Positions 58,638-64,000 of a DNA stretch of 64,000 nt are shown here, piece by piece (the first letter of the stretch is position 1; every line of letters begins with the position of its first letter). The DNA comes from Burkholderiaceae bacterium (lineage in GTDB: Bacteria; Pseudomonadota; Gammaproteobacteria; Burkholderiales; Burkholderiaceae_F): contig DASPWJ010000011.1 in the NCBI GenBank assembly GCA_035621895.1, positions 1,210 through 65,209 of the forward strand, read 5' to 3'. Position numbers and translations under genes: made by a program. The notes beneath the pieces are model-generated. The model did not search any database. It saw nothing but the letters and a program-made list of their open reading frames with translations, and had not been told where the DNA came from.

Positions 58638-58995
58638 TACCACGTCCACTTCGTGCCTGTTTTGTCGTATCGTCCGGCGCCAGGTGCCTTCTCAAGTGGC
58701 CTACGAGGACGACGAGGTCATTGTATTTCACGACATTCACCCCGCCGCCCCGGTGCATTTGCTCATTGTGCCCAAGTTGCACATCGATTCATTGCTCGAC
58801 GCCACCTCCGAGCAGCAGTCGCTATTGGGTAAAATGCTGTTGCTGGCACCGCAACTGGCCCGGGAGCAAGGCGCGACGGACGGGTTTCGCCTCATCGTCA
58901 ACAACGGTGGGGGCGGCGGGCAGGAAGTCTTCCATTTGCACTTCCACGTGCTTGGCGGCCCACGGCCTTGGCGCCATATGTCTGTCGGGAGGTAA
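58630..58995 (+). CDS. HIT-family (HinT-like) nucleotide hydrolase
   Basis: CLFCRIV N-terminus and histidine triad HLHFHVLGG. The ATG at 58630 overlaps the hisE end by 8 nt. Confidence 0.9.
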   Translation: MADTTSTSCLFCRIVRRQVPSQVAYEDDEVIVFHDIHPAAPVHLLIVPKLHIDSLLDATSEQQSLLGKMLLLAPQLAREQGATDGFRLIVNNGGGGGQEVFHLHFHVLGGPRPWRHMSVGR

Positions 58996-58997
58996 TT

Positions 58998-59240
58998 ATG
59001 GGCTCGCTATCCATTTGGCATTGGCTCATTGTCTTGCTGGTCGTCGTCCTGGTTTTTGGTACCGGAAAACTCAAGAACCTGGGCCGCGATCTGGGTGGAG
59101 CGATCAAAGGGTTTAAGGAAGGAATCAAGGAGGGGACTGAATCTCCCAACTCCTCAAACCCGCCGCAGAAGGTCGAAGATTCGTCACGTTCGGCTGCCCA
59201 CACAATTGACGTGGCCGCGCGCGAAAAAAGCGGCAGTTAA
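58998..59240 (+). CDS. tatA: Twin-arginine translocase subunit TatA
   Basis: [42 protein letters not shown]. Start moved from 58968 to 58998. Confidence 0.94.
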   Translation: MGSLSIWHWLIVLLVVVLVFGTGKLKNLGRDLGGAIKGFKEGIKEGTESPNSSNPPQKVEDSSRSAAHTIDVAAREKSGS

Positions 59241-59341
59241 ATTTGGCTTAGGACCGCTGTGGCGCACGCACGTCGCGGCAGCCCGAGGACCTGTCAATCG
59301 GATGCAATCATCGGGCCCTGTTATCAAAGCCCGGGGTTCCC

Positions 59342-59836
59342 ATGTTCGACTTTGGTGAGCTATTGGTGATCGGCGTTGTGGCGCTGATCGTACTACCGCC
59401 GGAGCGCTTGCCGCAGGCGGCGCGCACGCTCGGGCAATGGATCGGCAAGCTGCAGCATTACGTTGGCCAGATGCGGGTCGAATTCGATCGCGAATTTCAT
59501 CTGGCCGATTTGCGGCGCCTTGGCGAGGAGGCCCGGGCCAGCGCGCGCTCGGTCGAAACGGAACTGCGCTCTGTGGCCTCGGGGGTGGAATCGGAGGTCG
59601 GTAAGGTGGCCTCAGATACGATGGTTGCACTGGGCGAGAATTCGTGGAGCAGCGGTGGTCCCACGCCGCCGCCTACGCACTTTCCGCGGCGCTACAAACC
59701 GCGGCCGTCGATCGACGATCTGACACAGGAAATCGAGCGCCTGAAGCGGCAGTTGGCCCTTCCCGACGGGGGTTCGGCAGCGCACCGTAAGTGGGCGCCG
59801 CGCGCTCGCATCAACCGCGTGCGCGTGCGGCGCTGA
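59342..59836 (+). CDS. tatB: Twin-arginine translocase subunit TatB
   Basis: MFDFGELLVIGVVALIVLPPERLP N-terminus. Confidence 0.92.
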   Translation: MFDFGELLVIGVVALIVLPPERLPQAARTLGQWIGKLQHYVGQMRVEFDREFHLADLRRLGEEARASARSVETELRSVASGVESEVGKVASDTMVALGENSWSSGGPTPPPTHFPRRYKPRPSIDDLTQEIERLKRQLALPDGGSAAHRKWAPRARINRVRVRR

Positions 59837-59889
59837 GCGGCGAGCGCTATGAGCCGGCACGGTGGTTTGCGACCACGGCGACCACGCCA

Positions 59890-60639
59890 ATGAGCGCGCC
59901 AGAGCAAGAGGAAGGGTTTCTCTCGCACCTGGTGGAGTTGCGTACCCGCCTGGTGCGCGCAGCCCTTTCGGTGTTGATTGTGTTTTTGGGCCTTTGGCCT
60001 TTCATGCGGCAGATTTTCGACCTGCTCTCGCGCCCGATGATCGGTGCTTTGCCCCAAGGCGCCAAACTGCTCGCCACAGGAGTCATTACGCCCTTTCTAG
60101 TGCCCCTGAAGGTCACCTTGTTCGCGGCGTTCCTGCTGGCCCTGCCTTTTGTCCTGTACCAGGCTTGGGCGTTTATCGCCCCGGGCCTTTATCAGCACGA
60201 AAAGCGCCTCGCATTGCCGGTCCTGGTCTCTAGTGTCTTCATGTTTTTTGCCGGAATCGCATACTGCTATTTTGTCGTCTTTGGGGTTGTCTTTCGCTTC
60301 ATCACCGGGTTTGCTCCGGAGAATGTCAACGTGGCACCCGATATCGAACAGTACTTCGATTTTGTTATACGTATGTTCATTGCCTTTGGCTTGGCGTTCG
60401 AGGTACCCATAGCCGTGATGCTGCTGGTGCGCCTTGGGATCACGTCCGTTGCCAAGCTGCGCCACGTGCGTCCGTATGTCATTGTGGGCGCATTCGTCAT
60501 TGCGGCCATCGTGACGCCGCCCGATGTGCTCTCCCAGATGCTGCTGGCGCTGCCGCTATGGCTGCTGTATGAGTTGGGGGTATTACTGGGCACGCTCGTC
60601 GGCGGCAAGCGCCGGCAGCAGGAGGCGCCCGCGGAATGA
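59890..60639 (+). CDS. tatC: Twin-arginine translocase subunit TatC
   Basis: FLSHLVELRTRLVRA and six TM segments. Start moved from 59791 to 59890. Confidence 0.93.
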   Translation: MSAPEQEEGFLSHLVELRTRLVRAALSVLIVFLGLWPFMRQIFDLLSRPMIGALPQGAKLLATGVITPFLVPLKVTLFAAFLLALPFVLYQAWAFIAPGLYQHEKRLALPVLVSSVFMFFAGIAYCYFVVFGVVFRFITGFAPENVNVAPDIEQYFDFVIRMFIAFGLAFEVPIAVMLLVRLGITSVAKLRHVRPYVIVGAFVIAAIVTPPDVLSQMLLALPLWLLYELGVLLGTLVGGKRRQQEAPAE

Positions 60640-60660
60640 CGACGGCGCTTGGCCGCGCGC

Positions 60661-61854
60661 TCAGCGTGTAGCCGGCGGCGGGCGCTCGCCGACTCGAATC
60701 TTCAGATTCATGTCCTTGGCGTCGCGCAGCACATGCACGCTGGCCATGGCGCCGGGTTCGAGCTGCGCGATCTGGTTCAGCATCGCGCGGCGCTCGCTTA
60801 CATTGACGCCGTTGATCGAGACGATCACATCGCCGGGCTCCATGCCGCCGTTGCCCGCTGGACCATTGCGCAGCACGCCGCGCACAACTACCCCTTCTTT
60901 GCGCTTAAGGCGCAACGCGTCGACCAGCTCCGGCGTAATGTCATAGAGTTCGATGCCGAAGTAGCCGCGCTTGACACGGCCATTTTGGACGATCTGGTCC
61001 ATCACCTGGGTGACGATCGAGGTGGGGATCGCAAAACCAATACCGATGGATCCGCCGGTGCGCGAAAAAATCGCCGTGTTGATTCCAACCAAATGGCCAT
61101 TGCTGTCGACCAGGGCGCCTCCCGAATTGCCCTCGTTGATAGCGGCGTCGGTCTGAATGAAATTTTCGAACGTGTTAATGCCCAGGTTGGTGCGGCCCAA
61201 GGCTGAAACGATACCCATTGTCACGGTCTGTCCGACGTTAAACGGATTACCAATGGCAAGCACCACATCGCCCACTTTGAGCGTCTCCGAGCGACCGAAA
61301 ATCATGACTGGCAGATCCGGCAGATCGATTTTCAAAACGGCCAGATCCGTTTCTGGATCCGAGCCCACGAGGCGCGCGTCGACGCGGCGCCCGTCGCTCA
61401 GTGCAACGGCAATCTCATCGGCTGCCTGTACGACGTGGTTGTTGGTCAGTACGTAGCCGTCGGCAGTAACGATCACTCCGGAGCCCAAGCGTGCGACGCT
61501 TTGTGGTTCGGTATTGGCCGATTCGCCGAAAAACTGCCGTTCAATGGAATCGTCGGCACCGCCACGGGTGATCTGCTTAGCCGTATAGACATTGACCACA
61601 CTGGGCATCGCCCGCATCGCCGCGTCGGCGTAGGAGCCCAGGGCATTGGCCCGGGTCACCGGTTCATCGGCCGGGATCTGGCGAATTGAAGTACCCGCGA
61701 CCGGACTCGGCGCCGGCGCAGCACTCCCCGCCACGGTTCGGTTCGTTGCACTCTCGCGCGATATCCACTGCGGCTTGAGCGTAGAGACAACGAACAACAG
61801 CGCCATCCCTACCGTGGTGGCCTGTGCAAAGACGAGCCAAACGCGCCGCAGCAT
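60661..61854 (-). CDS. Membrane-anchored S1C serine endoprotease with a single PDZ domain (DegS/AlgW-like)
   Basis: N-terminal TM anchor, a trypsin-like domain with GNSGGAL, and one C-terminal PDZ domain (GDVIVSINGVNV). Confidence 0.9.
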   Translation of the reverse strand: MLRRVWLVFAQATTVGMALLFVVSTLKPQWISRESATNRTVAGSAAPAPSPVAGTSIRQIPADEPVTRANALGSYADAAMRAMPSVVNVYTAKQITRGGADDSIERQFFGESANTEPQSVARLGSGVIVTADGYVLTNNHVVQAADEIAVALSDGRRVDARLVGSDPETDLAVLKIDLPDLPVMIFGRSETLKVGDVVLAIGNPFNVGQTVTMGIVSALGRTNLGINTFENFIQTDAAINEGNSGGALVDSNGHLVGINTAIFSRTGGSIGIGFAIPTSIVTQVMDQIVQNGRVKRGYFGIELYDITPELVDALRLKRKEGVVVRGVLRNGPAGNGGMEPGDVIVSINGVNVSERRAMLNQIAQLEPGAMASVHVLRDAKDMNLKIRVGERPPPATR

Positions 61855-62018
61855 TACCGCCCTTTCGCCCGCGGGTGTGCGGCGCCCAGCAGGGTCGACT
61901 CTTGCATTGTGACGGTCGCCTCGTTCAAGTAATTGCCTGGATAGGGTGTCCGCGTGTCGCCGCCGACAGCGGCAAAGGCACGGAACTCATTCAATATTCT
62001 CATTTTTTCGGCCGTCAT
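61854..62018 (-). CDS. Hypothetical small protein (54 aa from the ATG at 62018; up to 93 aa from the GTG at 62135), translationally coupled to the DegS-like protease
   Basis: Its TAA overlaps the protease ATG (TAATG on the minus strand). I recognise no family. GC3 is about 70% with some rare codons (AGA, ATA), and the RBS is weak. Confidence 0.3.
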   Translation of the reverse strand: MTAEKMRILNEFRAFAAVGGDTRTPYPGNYLNEATVTMQESTLLGAAHPRAKGR

Positions 62019-62075
62019 GAAGCTCAACCCGGCCTGATGGCTAACGCCCGCCTCGATAGGCTTCCTAGCCCGCTT

Positions 62076-62105
62076 TTGCGGGTATATGAGGTAGTGAAGT
62101 AGAAT
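62076..62105 (+). promoter_or_regulatory. Candidate sigma70 promoter for sspAB
   Basis: TTGCGG (62076-62081), an 18-bp spacer, then TAGAAT (62100-62105), about 97 nt upstream of the sspA ATG. Confidence 0.3.
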
Positions 62106-62201
62106 AGCAGGCTCCCCGAACCGCGCCCGGCCCACTTGGGGGGCAAAGTCCCTTCCCCCGCCGCCCGGCGCCCGGGACGATATACAAAAGGCGATTTAAC
62201 A

Positions 62202-62801
62202 ATGGTGCTGTATTCCGGTACAACCTGCCCGTTTTCGCAACGATGCCGACTCGTGCTCTTTGAAAAGGGGATGGATTTCGAGATCAAGGACGTCGATCTT
62301 TTTAACAAACCGGAGGAAATCTCCGTGATGAATCCGTACGGACAAGTGCCGATACTCGTCGAGCGCGAGTTGACCTTGTACGAATCGAACATCATCAATG
62401 AATACATTGACGAGCGCTTTCCTCACCCGCAGCTGATGCCCGCGGACCCGGTGATGCGCGCGCGTGCGCGCCTGTTTTTGTTCAATTTCGAGCGCGAGTT
62501 GTTCGTGCATGTGCAGACGCTTGAAAATAGCAACAATCAGAAGGCCATCGAGAAGGCGCGCCTGCAGATCCGCGATCGACTGACGCAGCTTGCGCCAATT
62601 TTGCTCAAGAACAAGTACATGCTGGGTGACGAATTTTCGATGCTCGACGTTGCCATTGCTCCTTTGCTGTGGCGCCTGGATCATTATGAAATCGAACTTC
62701 CCAAGAGCGCTGCTCCCCTGATGAAGTTTGCCGAGCGCATCTTTAGTCGCCCGGCGTACATCGAGGCCCTCACGCCAAGCGAGAAGGTAATGCGTCGCTA
62801 A
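62202..62801 (+). CDS. sspA: Stringent starvation protein A (GST-like RNAP-associated protein)
   Basis: MVLYSGTTCPFSQRCRLVLFEKGM...NPYGQVPILVERELTLYESNIINEYIDERFPHPQLMP. Start moved from 62136 to 62202. Confidence 0.94.
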   Translation: MVLYSGTTCPFSQRCRLVLFEKGMDFEIKDVDLFNKPEEISVMNPYGQVPILVERELTLYESNIINEYIDERFPHPQLMPADPVMRARARLFLFNFERELFVHVQTLENSNNQKAIEKARLQIRDRLTQLAPILLKNKYMLGDEFSMLDVAIAPLLWRLDHYEIELPKSAAPLMKFAERIFSRPAYIEALTPSEKVMRR

Positions 62802-62836
62802 GGCGCCGACCCGTTTTTCGCGACGAAAAGCCCTCG

Positions 62837-63319
62837 ATGCCCGAAGTCTCTGCCAAGCCCTACTTGGTCCGCGCCCTGTTTGATTGGTGCAACGACTGTG
62901 GCTACACGCCCTATGTGACGGTCGCGGTCGGCGAGCAGGTGGTAGTGCCCGCCGAATACGTCAAGGACGGCGAAATCGTGCTCAATATCTCCCCGCTCGC
63001 GACCAACCGGCTGACCATCAGCAACGAGCTGCTGGAATTTCAGGCACGGTTTGGCGGAGTTGCGCGCGAGGTGCGCGTTCCCGTGGAATTCATTCGTGCG
63101 ATCTACGCGCGGGAAACGGGCCAGGGAATGGCCTTTGAGGGACCTGCGCAAGCGCCTTCTAGCGCGCCAGCCCAGGAGGGCTCCTTGGCTGCGCCCACGA
63201 CCTCCAGCGCAACGGTCCGACCCTTGCGAGGGTTGCCGGCACGCGAGACCGACGAGCAACCGCCGGATCCGACGCCAAGTCCCTCTGGAGATCGGCCCCG
63301 CCTGACGCGAATCAAGTAG
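62837..63319 (+). CDS. sspB: ClpXP adaptor SspB (stringent starvation protein B)
   Basis: KPYLVRALFDWCNDCGYTPYVTV N-domain, a disordered linker and a C-terminal ClpX-binding tail ending RPRLTRIK. Confidence 0.92.
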   Translation: MPEVSAKPYLVRALFDWCNDCGYTPYVTVAVGEQVVVPAEYVKDGEIVLNISPLATNRLTISNELLEFQARFGGVAREVRVPVEFIRAIYARETGQGMAFEGPAQAPSSAPAQEGSLAAPTTSSATVRPLRGLPARETDEQPPDPTPSPSGDRPRLTRIK

Positions 63320-63342
63320 GCAAGGTAGGTCTCATCCTGCGG

Positions 63343-63415
63343 GCCGGCATAGCTCAGTTGGTAGAGCAGCGGTTTTGTAAACCGAAGGTCGGGGGTTCGA
63401 GTCCCTCTGCCGGCA
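63343..63415 (+). tRNA. tRNA-Thr (anticodon UGU); the CCA end is not fully encoded
   Basis: Manual cloverleaf: acceptor GCCGGCA/TGCCGGC, D-arm GCTC-AGTTGGTA-GAGC, anticodon arm GCGGT-TTTGTAA-ACCGA (anticodon TGT), variable loop AGGTC, T-arm GGGGG-TTCGAGT-CCCTC, discriminator A. Confidence 0.93.
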
Positions 63416-63490
63416 CCGACCGCTCAGTGTCCGAACCGGACACACCGATTACGCACCCAAACACATAGCTTATAAACTTCGCGCCGGCAC

Positions 63491-63516
63491 GCCCGGCCGA
63501 CAATTTGCGGCCGGGC
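63491..63516. terminator. GC-rich hairpin between tRNA-Thr and the convergent glycine-zipper gene (possible bidirectional terminator)
   Basis: GCCCGGCCG, an 8-nt loop, then CGGCCGGGC: a perfect 9-bp stem. The flanking T/A tracts are weak (AGCTTTCG on the plus strand). Confidence 0.4.
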
Positions 63517-63573
63517 AGCTTTCGCCGGTACAAACGCGGCGCCGCTACGCGCAAGGCGGCACCGCACAATTCG

Positions 63574-64000
63574 TTACTGCGGTGGCGGCGGTGGTGGTGG
63601 GTAACCAGGCGGCGGCGACGGCGGCGGTGGATACCCGGCTTGCGGCGGCGGAGGTGGGTACCCAGGGGGTGGTGCTGCGGGCGCGGCCGTGGGACGCGGG
63701 TTGTACGGCACCGCTTGCCCAGGTATCAAGTTTCCCTTTGCGTACATGCATTGCTCGTACGCAATGTCGTAACGACGCTGCACCGAGTAGCCACTTCGTT
63801 GGCTCTCGCCCGCACCGATGGCCGAACCAGCCAGCAATCCCACACCGGCACCGGCACCGGCACCGCGACTGCCGCCACCGATCAAGGCGCCGGCTGCTGT
63901 GCCGACTACCGTCCCGACGACCGCGGAGCCCACTGCAGCGGTGTTTGCCGCCTCCTGGGCATTGCCGGTGTTCTGCGCGGCGTAATTGCGGCAGTACTGA
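63574..64000 (-). CDS. Glycine-zipper protein with a proline-rich PPPGYPPPP repeat tail; N-terminus lies beyond the window
   Basis: The frame stays open to base 64000 (...QYCRNYAAQNTGNAQEAANTAAVGSAVVGTVVGTAAGALIGGG...). It has GxxxG glycine-zipper segments, an RRYDIAYEQCMYAKGN motif, and then a 32-aa Pro/Gly/Tyr repeat. Confidence 0.75.
   Translation of the reverse strand, partial: QYCRNYAAQNTGNAQEAANTAAVGSAVVGTVVGTAAGALIGGGSRGAGAGAGVGLLAGSAIGAGESQRSGYSVQRRYDIAYEQCMYAKGNLIPGQAVPYNPRPTAAPAAPPPGYPPPPPQAGYPPPPSPPPGYPPPPPPPQ
63577..63672 (-). repeat. Imperfect in-frame tandem repeat encoding PPPGYPPPP units
   Basis: On the plus strand it reads as GGTGG/GGCGG runs interrupted by GTAACC/GATACC/GTACCC. 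It translates to PPPGYPPPPPQAGYPPPPSPPPGYPPPPPPPQ. Confidence 0.6.

Noticed and set aside
60649-61206. 185-aa plus-strand ORF following tatC
   Set aside because: It is antisense to the C-terminal half of the DegS-like protease, whose GNSGGAL and PDZ motifs fix the real frame.

Overview
This is a dense, almost entirely core-genome window from a high-GC (about 63-65%) betaproteobacterium. Gene order resembles Burkholderiales, but the proteins are clearly diverged from Burkholderia and Ralstonia. From left to right:
- (1) 1-13.4 kb holds the S10/spc/alpha ribosomal superoperon, from the 3' end of rplD through rplQ. It includes secY, infA, rpoA and rpmJ; rpmJ is too short to appear in the ORF track.
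- (2) 13.4-17.2 kb holds a co-directional NodI/NodJ-type ABC exporter, an LpxH-like metallophosphoesterase and a GT4 glycosyltransferase, joined directly to rplQ.
- (3) 17.2-24.2 kb holds hemB, engB, cytochrome c4, lptM-lysA, cyaY and PBP1A.
- (4) 24.5-32.6 kb holds pilMNOPQ-aroK-aroB-dgt.
- (5) 32.7-37.7 kb is the only segment that looks accessory. It holds a solitary RAYT/IS200-like Y1 transposase, an MFS transporter, a POT peptide transporter and an orphan selD.
- (6) 38.0-44.4 kb holds gltBD.
- (7) 44.5-60.6 kb is one nearly gapless plus-strand run: mlaFEDACB, an ABC-2 pair, ibaG, murA, hisGDCBHAFIE, a HIT protein and tatABC.
- (8) 60.7-64.0 kb holds a DegS/AlgW-like protease with a translationally coupled small ORF, sspAB, tRNA-Thr(UGU) and a partial glycine-zipper/proline-repeat protein.

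I found no CRISPR array, prophage, toxin-antitoxin pair, defence island or REP array, and I cannot honestly point to a clear-cut novel multi-gene system. The best candidates for follow-up are:
- the NodIJ/LpxH-paralogue/GT4 module attached to the alpha operon;
- the RAYT-headed insertion between dgt and gltB;
- the small ORF coupled to the DegS-like protease at a junction that looks truncated relative to related genomes;
- the long structured rpsQ-rplN spacer.

Many start codons were moved from the ORF-track coordinate to the position supported by homologous N-termini, RBS position or overlap coupling. The long antisense and out-of-frame ORFs in the track are GC artefacts.
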